Of a stretch of DNA of 56,410 nt, positions 18,201 through 26,894 are shown piece after piece. The stretch lies in assembly GCA_045658525.1 (NCBI GenBank), contig JAZOVD010000035.1:1-56410 (forward strand), read 5' to 3'. Source of the DNA: Eubacteriales bacterium (GTDB lineage Bacteria > Bacillota > Clostridia > Oscillospirales > CAG-272). Within the stretch, counting starts at the first letter, position 1; each line of letters starts with the position of its first letter. Both the position numbers and the translations under genes were made by a program. Under the pieces are notes generated by a model. It was not told the DNA's origin. It did not search any database and saw nothing but the letters and a program-made list of their open reading frames with translations.

Positions 18201-19977
18201 TGGTAACGTGAACCCAGTCGTTATAGGTTCTTACGTCAACGCTTGTGCAAGTAAATCCGTGATCAGCACCATCCGAGCCCGTGTAGTATATTTTGGGGTT
18301 TCCGTATTCGTTTATCTCGAAGCTTATCTGATTACCGGAACTATTGTACGTACTTACTATATCTCCGCCTCTGAAATTGCCGTTCAACTCCATATCAGGC
18401 ATATAAATAGTAGCCTCGAAGGTCTTTGGTGCATACGGAAGCGGCTTTGACATTTGATACGCATCGTCCGCAGTAAACGTCTTTCCTACCTTCGGAACGA
18501 ACTCTACGTTATAGCCGTTTTTCGAAAGATCCTTCATATTAGCCTTGGAGCCACTGGAAAGATCGTAAGCGAAAAGGAGATTTTCGTCAGTATTGTCAAC
18601 CGAATAAGTCGTTGCAGTACCCGAAGCAAGAAGCTCAGCCTCGGTACGAGCATCGGAATAAAGCGTAACGTTCTTTATATTTCCCTTGAAATACTGAGAA
18701 TTATTTATACGCAGGTCGCCGCCGAGATAGAAATACTGCGGAAGCTTAAACTCACCCGTCGCAGAGCCTGAAAGCGCCTTTGTGGATTTAAGCTCTCCGT
18801 TGACGTAAAGCTTTGCCGTTTTGGCGGTTATGTTTATAACGTACGCAACCTTGGCAAATTTAGCCTCGGTCTCTCCGCCCATATCGTCAAATATGTTATA
18901 ATCGCTGAAAAGTATGTTATCCATGTGCGCGGAGTAGAAGCGCATAACTCCGTTGGTCTGTATCTCGAAGTTCATATCCGTACCGGTTTTTCCGACCGCT
19001 TCATCGTCCGTGTACGTTCCTACGATAATACCGGGTCTTGTAGCCTTTTTGTCATACGGAATGAATATCTCCGCCTCAAAGGTTATTGCCTCGTCATAAC
19101 CCGCAGGGCCTGTAATGTTGAGCTTTCCGTTGCTTATCTGATGCAAATTGCCGCTTGAAAACTTCATACCGCCATTGCTGCCGTAATCAGCAACACCGCC
19201 TGCGTTACGTCCGTTTACGGAAAGGTCGTTCAAGGGTGCTTCATCGTCGGTAAGGTCGTAGGCACACCAAAGGTTGGGGTCGGTGCTGTCAACCGAATAA
19301 GTCGTTGCCGTTCCCGAAGCAAGAATCTCAGCGTCGGTACGAACGTCGGAATAAAGCGTGACGTTCTTTATCTCGCCCTTGAAGTTAGAGCCGTTATTAG
19401 TTCTGTTATCTCCGCCGATGCAGAGCTCCTTAGCGGTATTAAATCCATTCACCGTGGTTTTTTTAGCAATCGAGTAGGTCACCTGCTCAATGCCGTTAAA
19501 ATAGAGCGTCGCATTCATATCGGTGAGGTTTGCTACGACGGCGATCTTAACAAAACCGTCCTCATTCGTATTATCGAAAATATTGTACTTCTCGTTAGTT
19601 CCGCACGAAGCACCGCCATCATCATCAAAATAAAGCTGATTTATACCCATACTATCCGAGTAAAAACGAACACAACCACTATGGTATATCTCGAAGTTTA
19701 ATTCTGCATTACCTGGATCAAGATCGTATGAGCCGAGAATAACGCCGCCTCGGTTACTGCTACTGGTTCCGTTATACTTCGCCGGATCAAGATATATCTC
19801 CGCCTCGAACGTGATAGCCACGTCAGCCTCGGGCTTTGAAACGTCGAGCTTATAGGGTATCTTGAACAGCTCGTCGGCTGTAAACGTCATACCCTCGTTT
19901 GTTGTGGGTGTTGCCGCGTTTATCGTTATTCCGAGCGCGGGCATCATTCCCGCGAGCATAACGATCACAAGCAGCAA
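15280..19977 (-). CDS. large surface protein: 4x LamG/ConA-like domains, calcineurin-like metallophosphoesterase and shared C-terminal domain; native start (ATG 20005) is out of frame
   Basis: Four (I/L)x(N/D)xx(L/I)(Y/F)xDxRT LamG endings; MPP motifs GDTQ, GDITE, GNHE, THAY, SGH; AMLNYGAAAQ tail motif. Confidence 0.85.
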   Translation of the reverse strand: MLLVIVMLAGMMPALGITINAATPTTNEGMTFTADELFKIPYKLDVSKPEADVAITFEAEIYLDPAKYNGTSSSNRGGVILGSYDLDPGNAELNFEIYHSGCVRFYSDSMGINQLYFDDDGGASCGTNEKYNIFDNTNEDGFVKIAVVANLTDMNATLYFNGIEQVTYSIAKKTTVNGFNTAKELCIGGDNRTNNGSNFKGEIKNVTLYSDVRTDAEILASGTATTYSVDSTDPNLWCAYDLTDDEAPLNDLSVNGRNAGGVADYGSNGGMKFSSGNLHQISNGKLNITGPAGYDEAITFEAEIFIPYDKKATRPGIIVGTYTDDEAVGKTGTDMNFEIQTNGVMRFYSAHMDNILFSDYNIFDDMGGETEAKFAKVAYVINITAKTAKLYVNGELKSTKALSGSATGEFKLPQYFYLGGDLRINNSQYFKGNIKNVTLYSDARTEAELLASGTATTYSVDNTDENLLFAYDLSSGSKANMKDLSKNGYNVEFVPKVGKTFTADDAYQMSKPLPYAPKTFEATIYMPDMELNGNFRGGDIVSTYNSSGNQISFEINEYGNPKIYYTGSDGADHGFTCTSVDVRTYNDWVHVTIVLDDTNADAPVLRYYINGKLVLSQATQGNRTVVPYNETLLSELSRAMYIGTDTRKSEKVCFKGYIKDITLYGDVRTAAEVKSDYENGAGTYGDNLLVAYDFTKAADFKDLSGNGYDIKRQDGEGLSFTKDTLYRTEGKLSAVPYSFETWVYLPKTQSTRAGVIFGNYDGGGRESDLGLEIYSNGNPRLFYNGLPSNTATVFTEVDIRSDNWVHLAIVKDEANDEIHCYLNGELAQTITGANDFKSGVAKNVEGFGLGGDMRNYATAPSKFNERYFTGALRDFAIFSDVRTADEIKADYEQGINTSDAGLISYYDLGNVADGATKITDIKGKNNVTTDWNLVSGIDKTDYEYSFAFIGDTQKIVQTDAKNALDDTKTDTDYAKQIYQWIADNKDTENIKYVFGLGDITETGAKVNNPDAAALAKKEWDVAYNAMAPLRDANVNYALIAGNHENPSTFTTHFGNDNFMTDKITGYYSNGADKLGNYYVNFEVGETKYMFIALQFGAVDEILDWASGIVEANPDRKVIMATHAYMFRDGTTLDKGDVVPPDSTGNKAANNGDEMWEKFVSQHGNIVLVVSGHDPYENISWRQDIGVNGNTVSQFLIDPQGMSPTTTGMVALFHFSADGSQVAVEYVSTHRTATLGSNVYYRNQNQFEFDLYEGAKENVYDVEGDAENYTAYYTNGKVASFTADNTLATVNGYIVSLEGNIGVKSFMNIPAFSNTDKLYAKFIVDGEEYVQYFKDAVNDANYGYGFKGLVSAAQMTSEIKIELCYDGIVLLTATTSVAEYAKVILDSTDNEEYIEAQSLVKAMLNYGAAAQAQFGQNLDKPANSIVTDVTVGDNKDAINASASSNVSGSITGLTYKSTTLGLESETALYHFFTVTDTDVAKYTVVGADEVKIIDNVLRVKIAGIGAANLSTEYAVSVTYNGETVTVTANAMAYAKAVVNSDATSAELKTLMSALYEYNAATVAYNG

Positions 19978-19986
19978 GCAGCAAGC
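19968..19986. repeat. 7-bp tandem duplication (CAAGCAG)2CAAGC causing a frameshift in the signal peptide
   Basis: Removing one unit joins ATG 20005 (RBS GAAAGGA) in frame: MKKRIVSLLLVIVMLAGM. Confidence 0.85.
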
Positions 19987-20054
19987 TTACAATTCTTTTC
20001 TTCATAGTATATTCCTTTCTCTCTTATAGAGAAATATAATATTGGTACAGTTAT

Positions 20055-20083
20055 ATTGTAACAAAAACTCAGCACAGAGTCAA
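20055..20083 (-). promoter_or_regulatory. sigma-A promoter of the LamG-MPP gene
   Basis: TTGACT-17-TACAAT with TG. Confidence 0.7.
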
Positions 20084-20129
20084 TACGCATATTAAATAAA
20101 GTCGCACTTGGAATTTTTGTGCATATCGC

Positions 20130-21008
20130 CTACGTTAGATCCGAATATATACGCTCCGCTATCTCGTAGATACGCTTACTTTCCTCTCGTGAGCAGGTTT
20201 TCAGCCTCTTTTTGCTCGGTATTCCCCAGACGTTAAACACCCTCGGACCTATCCATTCGTGTGACCCGCAACAGTCGAAAACTCCTTTCAGCACCGAAAG
20301 AGCCGCTTTTTTAGGCTTCATAAATATCACCTTCATCGGGTGCTTTATTATGGCGAATATGAGCTTCGGATAATGCGCGGTTATGTTGGTAAAGGTTATT
20401 CCGGGATGCGTAACGCTAAGAGAGGCTTCGGTCTCATTTGAAAAAAGCCCGTAAAGCGAGAACATAAGGTAACGCTTTGCGTTTCCGTAAACCCTTGATG
20501 CCTGCTTCCGTGTCGAAAAATCGACGTCGTTTTCATCATATCTCGAATAATTATGCGCTATACTTCCAACGACCACTACCCTACCGTTTCTTTTACGAAG
20601 GCACGGCAAAAGCTCCTTTATCATATAATACGGAGATACGAAATTTATCTGAAAAACGTTATCATAGCCCGTTAAGCATTTATGCCTCGGAATACTGTAC
20701 GCCCCCGCGTTATGGATTAAAACGTCTATCCCCACCGCCTTCAAACGCTCACAGGCGTTTTTGACCGAGCTAATATCTTCAAGCTCGGTATTCACGCATT
20801 GAACGTCTATATCGGGATACGTTTTTTGCAGCTCGTCACGAAAAGCCTCGGAGCGAGACGCGTTTCTGTCCATAAGTATAAGCGAAGCCCCCAAGCGCGC
20901 AAGGTATCGGCAAAGCTCTTTTCCTATACCGCCCGTCGTTCCCGTCACCGCTATTTTTTTACCTTTAAGCGACTTCGTGTTTTTGGCAAGCCATTTTTCA
21001 ATATTCAT
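20130..21008 (-). CDS. SDR family NAD(P)-dependent oxidoreductase (retinol dehydrogenase-like)
   Basis: TGTTGGIG, HNAG, YGNAK (YxxxK), HPG. Confidence 0.9.
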   Translation of the reverse strand: MNIEKWLAKNTKSLKGKKIAVTGTTGGIGKELCRYLARLGASLILMDRNASRSEAFRDELQKTYPDIDVQCVNTELEDISSVKNACERLKAVGIDVLIHNAGAYSIPRHKCLTGYDNVFQINFVSPYYMIKELLPCLRKRNGRVVVVGSIAHNYSRYDENDVDFSTRKQASRVYGNAKRYLMFSLYGLFSNETEASLSVTHPGITFTNITAHYPKLIFAIIKHPMKVIFMKPKKAALSVLKGVFDCCGSHEWIGPRVFNVWGIPSKKRLKTCSREESKRIYEIAERIYSDLT

Positions 21009-21137
21009 TTTATTTTTCCTCACGAAATATCATTAAAATCAGCTCGAATGCGTTATTGCACCACCATTATATCACACCGAAAAGGATAAAGCAACGAAAA
21101 CAAATAAAATTTTAGAAAGCAAATTAACATATTGCTA

Positions 21138-21166
21138 TTGACTTTCGCGCGGCAAGGTGTTATAAT
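21138..21166 (+). promoter_or_regulatory. sigma-A promoter of scfAB
   Basis: TTGACT-17-TATAAT with TG. Confidence 0.8.
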
Positions 21167-21203
21167 TATATCAAATCATATATTTTTGTGGAGGTTCATC
21201 ACG

Positions 21204-21359
21204 ATGGAACACATCAAGACTCTTGAAACCAGAAATCTGTGTGACAGCGCAAAGAACGGCGGATGCGGCGAATGCCAGACTTCCTGCCAGTCTGCCTGCA
21301 AGACCAGCTGCGGTATAGCTAACCAGCAGTGCGAAAAGGCAGATAAGGAAAGCAAGTAA
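21204..21359 (+). CDS. scfA: SCIFF (six-Cys-in-forty-five) ranthipeptide precursor
   Basis: MEHIKTL...GGCGECQTSCQSACKTSCGIANQQCE; RBS GGAGG. Confidence 0.97.
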   Translation: MEHIKTLETRNLCDSAKNGGCGECQTSCQSACKTSCGIANQQCEKADKESK

Positions 21360-21370
21360 TCACAGGAAAC

Positions 21371-21398
21371 GAAATGCCGCCTTTCTGGCGGCATTTTT
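21371..21398 (+). terminator. hairpin between scfA and scfB
   Basis: AAATGCCGCC-TTTCT-GGCGGCATTTTT. Confidence 0.7.
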
Positions 21399-21421
21399 AT
21401 CTATGTAGGAGAAGGAATTTT

Positions 21422-22810
21422 ATGATACATCAGTACAAGCTCGGCGGATATAATATAGTTCTCGACGTCTGCTCCGGCTCTGTCCACGCCGTGGACGAGG
21501 TGGCATACGATATTATCGGTATGTTCGAGGAAAACGGTAAAGACACCGTGATAAAAGCTATCTCGGAAAAGTACGCCGACAGAAGTGATATTACCGAAAA
21601 TGATATAGAAGAATGCTACGCTCAGGTCGAGGAGCTTAAAAATCAGGGTAAGCTGTTCGCACCTGATAACTTCAAGCCTATGGCGGGCAAATTAAAGGAA
21701 AAGACAGCGGGAGTCGTCAAGGCGCTCTGCATACATATAGCGCATACCTGCAATCTTAACTGTTCATACTGCTTTGCAAGTCAGGGCAAATACCACGGAG
21801 ACCGCGCGGTAATGAGCTTTGAGGTCGGAAAACGCGCGCTCGATTTCCTTGTTGAAAACTCGGGAACGAGAAAGAACCTCGAGGTTGACTTTTTCGGCGG
21901 CGAGCCGCTTATGAACTTCGACGTCGTAAAGCAGATGGTCGAGTACGCGCGCTGTATCGAGAAAGAACACGGCAAAAACTTCCGTTTCACTCTGACAACG
22001 AACGGTATGCTCGTTGACGATGACGTTATCGACTTTGCCAACCGCGAGATGAGTAACGTAGTTCTCAGTCTTGACGGAAGAAAAGAGATACACGACCGTT
22101 ACCGCGTTGATTACGCGGGCAACGGAAGCTGGGAAAAGATAGTTCCGAAGTTCCAGAAGCTCGTGAACGCGAGAGGCGGCAAGAACTATTATATGCGCGG
22201 AACGTTCACCCACGCTAACCCCGATTTCCTCGAAGATATAAAGCAGATGCTCGACCTTGGGCTCACAGAGCTTAGTATGGAGCCTGTCGTCTGCGCTCCC
22301 GGTGACCCGTCCGAGCTTACCGCCGAGGATATGCCGATAGTTCTTGACCAGTACGAGAAGCTCGCTGAGCTTATGATAGAGCGAGAGCGCGCAGGAAAAC
22401 CTTTCACCTTCTATCATTACATGATAGACTTGACGGGCGGCCCGTGCATATACAAACGCATTTCGGGTTGCGGCTCGGGAACGGAGTATATGGCGGTAAC
22501 GCCTTGGGGAGACCTTTATCCCTGCCACCAATTCGTTGGTGAGGAAAAGTTCAAGCTCGGTAACATCTGGGACGGCGTTACGAATACCGAGACCCAGAAC
22601 GAGTTTGCCGCCTGCAACGTTTACGCTCATCCAGAATGCCACGATTGCTGGGCGCGTCTCTACTGCTCGGGCGGATGCGCGGCGAACGCCTATCACTCAA
22701 CAGGCTCGGTAACGGGAGTTTATAAATACGGTTGCGAGCTTTTCAGAAAGAGAATGGAGTGCGCTATAATGGTCGCGATCGCACGCGCTTTCGGAGACAC
22801 AAAGCAATGA
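21422..22810 (+). CDS. scfB: SCIFF radical SAM/SPASM thioether-forming maturase
   Basis: N-terminal RRE-like region, CNLNCSYC, FFGGEP, SPASM cysteines (CGSG, YPCH, CHDC...YCSGGC); adjacent to scfA. Confidence 0.95.
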   Translation: MIHQYKLGGYNIVLDVCSGSVHAVDEVAYDIIGMFEENGKDTVIKAISEKYADRSDITENDIEECYAQVEELKNQGKLFAPDNFKPMAGKLKEKTAGVVKALCIHIAHTCNLNCSYCFASQGKYHGDRAVMSFEVGKRALDFLVENSGTRKNLEVDFFGGEPLMNFDVVKQMVEYARCIEKEHGKNFRFTLTTNGMLVDDDVIDFANREMSNVVLSLDGRKEIHDRYRVDYAGNGSWEKIVPKFQKLVNARGGKNYYMRGTFTHANPDFLEDIKQMLDLGLTELSMEPVVCAPGDPSELTAEDMPIVLDQYEKLAELMIERERAGKPFTFYHYMIDLTGGPCIYKRISGCGSGTEYMAVTPWGDLYPCHQFVGEEKFKLGNIWDGVTNTETQNEFAACNVYAHPECHDCWARLYCSGGCAANAYHSTGSVTGVYKYGCELFRKRMECAIMVAIARAFGDTKQ

Positions 22811-24138
22811 ACACCCCTATCGTTGATTTCGTCAAAAAATACGTCGAAAACGAACCCCTAAGGCTTCATATGCCCGGACACAAGGGGATTTCGCTCCTTG
22901 GCTTTGAAAGTCTTGACATTACCGAAATAGACGGAGCTGACGATCTTTACCACGCGCGCGGAATAATCCGCGAAAGTGAACGGAACGCGAGCGAGCTTTT
23001 CGGCTCGGAAACGTTCTATTCCTGCGAAGGCTCGTCGCTCTGCATCCGCGCTATGATCTATCTTACGGCAATGTACGCGAGTTCTATCGGTAAGCCGCCG
23101 ATAATAGCCGCGGGCAGAAACGCACATAAAACCTTTTTGAGCGGGGCGGCGTTGCTCGACGTTGATATTGAATGGATCTATCCCCAAAACGCGGATTCTT
23201 ACATTTCCTGCAACATTTCGCCAAACGAGCTTGATGCTTTTCTTCAAAGCTCAAACGCGGTGGCAGTCTATCTTACAAGTCCCGACTATCTTGGAAACGT
23301 TCTTGATATTCAAGCGATCTCGGCAGTATGTCATAGACACGGTGTACTGCTTTTGGTGGATAACGCTCACGGAGCTTACCTCAAATTTTTATCCACCTCG
23401 CTTCATCCAATAGACCTTGGCGCTGATCTTTGCTGTGACTCAGCACACAAAACGCTCCCCGCGTTAACGGGAAGCGCATATCTTCATATTTCAAAAAACG
23501 CTCCAAGGCTTTTTGCGGAGAACGTCAAAAACGCGCTCGCGCTTTTCGGCTCTACCAGCCCCTCATATCTCGTTTTACAGTCACTTGACGCAGTGAACCG
23601 TTACCTCTCCGAAGGCTACTGTGAACGCCTTTCGGCGTTTGCAGGTGAGTTGCAAGCTCGCAAAGAGATGCTTTTACGAAACGGATATTCTTTTATCGGA
23701 AATGAGCCGTTGAAGCTCACCATCGATGCAAAGCGTTACGGATATACGGGAAACGAGCTTGCCGATATACTTTCAAAGAAAAATATGATATGCGAGTTTT
23801 CCGATCCCGACGTTACGGTAATGATGTTCACACCCGAAACGGGCGTTTTGGGGTTAGATAGACTGACAAAGGATTTGATCTCGATCCCTCAAAAAGAGGA
23901 AATAACCGCAAGACCGCCAAAGCTCGCTGCACCGTTAAAAGTTATGTCTATAAGAGAAGCGACCCTTTCGCCAAGCGAGACAGTATCGGCAAATAACGGA
24001 CTCGGTCGTGTCCTTGCCTCCGAAAATATCGCCTGTCCTCCCGCTATTCCGATAATAGTCGGTGGGGAACGCATTAGCGAAAACACGTTACTGCTTTTTG
24101 AATATTACGGTATAGATAAATGTGAAGTAATAAAATAA
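22807..24138 (+). CDS. PLP-dependent Orn/Lys/Arg decarboxylase family protein
   Basis: HMPGHKG, DITEI, TSPDYLG, DNAHGA, DSAHKTLP, STSPSY; ATGA overlap with scfB. Confidence 0.9.
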   Translation: MNTPIVDFVKKYVENEPLRLHMPGHKGISLLGFESLDITEIDGADDLYHARGIIRESERNASELFGSETFYSCEGSSLCIRAMIYLTAMYASSIGKPPIIAAGRNAHKTFLSGAALLDVDIEWIYPQNADSYISCNISPNELDAFLQSSNAVAVYLTSPDYLGNVLDIQAISAVCHRHGVLLLVDNAHGAYLKFLSTSLHPIDLGADLCCDSAHKTLPALTGSAYLHISKNAPRLFAENVKNALALFGSTSPSYLVLQSLDAVNRYLSEGYCERLSAFAGELQARKEMLLRNGYSFIGNEPLKLTIDAKRYGYTGNELADILSKKNMICEFSDPDVTVMMFTPETGVLGLDRLTKDLISIPQKEEITARPPKLAAPLKVMSIREATLSPSETVSANNGLGRVLASENIACPPAIPIIVGGERISENTLLLFEYYGIDKCEVIK

Positions 24139-24168
24139 AAAACGCGCCTCTCGGTGCGTTTTTTATTT
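24132..24168. terminator. bidirectional terminator
   Basis: AAAATAAAAAACGCGCC-TCTC-GGTGCGTTTTTTATTTT. Confidence 0.8.
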
Positions 24169-25091
24169 TATCTCTTTATAAGTCCTATAAGGCTCTTAAC
24201 GAGTATGAATAAAATATTCGCTATGTAAACGGGTACGGATACGACAAACAGCAGTACCGAAACGATAGCTGTTATCAGCCCACACGCAACAGGCATCATA
24301 AGCCAAAACGCGATAGATATATACTTCATAGGCGAATACCACGGATGATAACTGAAATTGTCCTTTATGTCCGAACCGAATTCAAGGCTATTTTCCCATG
24401 CATCGCGTATCATGCTCCACATATTGCTTATCCAGTCAACGGGGATAGCTCCTATATCGGAAAGCTCTGCCCAGCCGTTAAACTTAAAGCAACCGAATAC
24501 CGTGTTATCTATAAACGAAACGACGAAGTTCTTTACCGATACCGCTATATCGACTACGAGAGATACTCCCGCGGTAAGAGCGATAAGCGCTACCGCAAGC
24601 GAAATTATAGCCGAAACTATTGCAAGAACAAGAGTGATGAAGAACAGAAGTATGCCCATAACCACCAATATTCCGCATATCATTATAGCCACACCCATAG
24701 CTATATTCATCCATTTACGGAACGAAAGCAGCTTATAGTTTTGCGACTTTGTAAAAGCTCCACGCGCAAAATCTATCTCGTTTTTAATGGTGTTTACAAC
24801 AAGAGATTTAACAAAGCACCAAGCGTGAGCAAGTATGCTTAAAAACATATTACTGCTCGTGAACATATACCGTGTATCGTTTATCGCATCAGGTATCGAT
24901 TTGAATAAAGCGAACACCGACACAACAACACCAAATATCGCGCCGATTATAACGAAGGCGAGAAGTATGTATGCACCTATCCATAAAACGGCTACTACAA
25001 TTATCGCCGCAATGACAAGAAGCGTCATAAGCCAACCAAAGCAGTCTGCGCACGCTTCGTCGCGGTCGTAATAAACTCGTCTGTAAAACAT
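24168..25091 (-). CDS. multi-pass membrane protein of the Hsp70/GTPase operon, internally duplicated
   Basis: Long hydrophobic segments; MWSMIRDAW resembles LWHTIREAW of the membrane GTPase. Confidence 0.8.
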   Translation of the reverse strand: MFYRRVYYDRDEACADCFGWLMTLLVIAAIIVVAVLWIGAYILLAFVIIGAIFGVVVSVFALFKSIPDAINDTRYMFTSSNMFLSILAHAWCFVKSLVVNTIKNEIDFARGAFTKSQNYKLLSFRKWMNIAMGVAIMICGILVVMGILLFFITLVLAIVSAIISLAVALIALTAGVSLVVDIAVSVKNFVVSFIDNTVFGCFKFNGWAELSDIGAIPVDWISNMWSMIRDAWENSLEFGSDIKDNFSYHPWYSPMKYISIAFWLMMPVACGLITAIVSVLLFVVSVPVYIANILFILVKSLIGLIKR

Positions 25092-25126
25092 AGTTTAAAT
25101 GTCCTTTTTGGAGAATTTCCAAAGCG

Positions 25127-26194
25127 TCAGACGCTTTGGATCTTTACCGAATTACCGGTCATTTGGATCTGAAGCCTTACCCTGAGATTAAGCTCACTTG
25201 ATTGCTTCTGGATCAGATCACTGATCATTGACATAAGCTTCTGCTGAGTATATTGGGGTATATCAAGCGTAAACTCCATAGGAAGCTTATTGTTTTCAAG
25301 GCAGTCGCGTATATGATTTTTGACGTCGTAAAGACGGGAGAAAACCTTTCCTCCGTTACTGCCTGCGGGAACTATACGCGTGCCGCCGCTTGTCGCAGAG
25401 CCGTAAGTAACACGCTGCTGTGTCTGTTGCTGACTTACCGCAGAGCTTCTCGGCATCTCGGACGCGGTCATATCGCGGTCACATCTCGGCAGATCGGACT
25501 GATCCCATTTATATCCGTTATCGGAAAAAGTCTTTGTAGAGCAGTTTATCCTATGATAACGGAACGGCTCCGTCTTAGCGGTATTCGCACCCATCATCAT
25601 AGTAACGTCAGTATAGTAATACGTTCCGTCTATACGGATCATATTCCAAGCGTGCGGCTCGTGTCTGCCCGAGTTAGGATTATAAACCTCGCCGTCAACA
25701 ACTATACACCATATACTGAGCAGATCCATAGCGTACTTAAACGCCTTGGAGATACCGCTACACTGCGCGGTCTTGAAATAAAGAGCCGCAGCAGCGTTCT
25801 GGTTCGTTGTATTGTTTATCGCGTACGATACCTCTCTCGCCATTTCATCGATTATCTTGAACTCTTTTTCAAGCTCGTTCTTTGGAGCTTCTGAGATCAC
25901 TCTTTTGGAATACTCGCGCAGATAGGTATCAACCGCCTTGACCTTAGCTCTGTCATATATATAAGAAAGCTTTATCACCAACCTCACCAGCTGCATCCCC
26001 GCGCCGATAGCGGGGCTTACGTTATAAAGCTCCGGGTGGTCCTTGCAAAAGCAGTTGAACGCGTTTTTTACGGCGTTTGGATTTGGCAACGCCATTACCG
26101 TCGCGGAGGGCTTACCTGCCGCGACGGCTGAGCGTATAGCGTCGTATATTCCTTTTTCCGCGGGACTGAGCGTCCCTTTCCAGAATTCATTCAT
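25127..26194 (-). CDS. transglutaminase-like cysteine peptidase domain protein
   Basis: Triad motifs AQCSGIS, HAWNMI, YYTDVT; Gln-rich linker and small C-terminal domain; no signal peptide. Confidence 0.85.
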   Translation of the reverse strand: MNEFWKGTLSPAEKGIYDAIRSAVAAGKPSATVMALPNPNAVKNAFNCFCKDHPELYNVSPAIGAGMQLVRLVIKLSYIYDRAKVKAVDTYLREYSKRVISEAPKNELEKEFKIIDEMAREVSYAINNTTNQNAAAALYFKTAQCSGISKAFKYAMDLLSIWCIVVDGEVYNPNSGRHEPHAWNMIRIDGTYYYTDVTMMMGANTAKTEPFRYHRINCSTKTFSDNGYKWDQSDLPRCDRDMTASEMPRSSAVSQQQTQQRVTYGSATSGGTRIVPAGSNGGKVFSRLYDVKNHIRDCLENNKLPMEFTLDIPQYTQQKLMSMISDLIQKQSSELNLRVRLQIQMTGNSVKIQSV

Positions 26195-26202
26195 TCGACA
26201 TC

Positions 26203-26871
26203 TTACCAGGAGTTGTTGCCGTAATCGAATACCTCATCTTTAAGGCTACTTATGTAGTTTATAAGCGCGCATACACATCCGTAGATGACTCCGGGCGTTA
26301 CTATTACAAATACAGCAGCCAGCCAGTACTTGATTATAAACTGATAGATCGAGATAAAGAATCCGCTTACAACGAACCAGACCACTTTAAGAACGATAAT
26401 GATAAACGCAACGATAACGTAAATAACGAATCCGACTACGAAAGTAAGCGCGGCAACTATGAGAACTGCGGCTATAGCCGAAACTATAAGATGCTCTATG
26501 AAGCCGTCAAAGGTGTCGCCGGTCGCGATGAACGCAACGATAAGAGCTGCTATGAACGCTATCGTAGCAATAGTCCAGTAAGTGCCTGACCAGAGGAACT
26601 TGCCGTAGTAGTTAGTTGCGAAGTGCCAGTCCTGGTCTCTTATACAGTTTACAAGACCTACGCAAAGACACGACAAAACGTAAATTCCAAGCAATACGAC
26701 TATGTTTGTTACTACCGAAATGTAGAAGTTATTAGTGTCAAACTCATCGCCACTTCTTATCTTTTTAACAAGGAAAACTATAAACTCAATGAAAGTAGCG
26801 GCAAAGAACGCTACAACTACCCAAAAAAGGTTTGCGTCAACGAAATCAACGACGCTCTGAAAATATTTCAT
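26203..26871 (-). CDS. multi-pass membrane protein
   Basis: About six hydrophobic segments; co-oriented within the operon; start uncertain (26910/26883/26871). Confidence 0.75.
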   Translation of the reverse strand: MKYFQSVVDFVDANLFWVVVAFFAATFIEFIVFLVKKIRSGDEFDTNNFYISVVTNIVVLLGIYVLSCLCVGLVNCIRDQDWHFATNYYGKFLWSGTYWTIATIAFIAALIVAFIATGDTFDGFIEHLIVSAIAAVLIVAALTFVVGFVIYVIVAFIIIVLKVVWFVVSGFFISIYQFIIKYWLAAVFVIVTPGVIYGCVCALINYISSLKDEVFDYGNNSW

Positions 26872-26894
26872 ACCTGTAACCATCCTTTCTTCTG

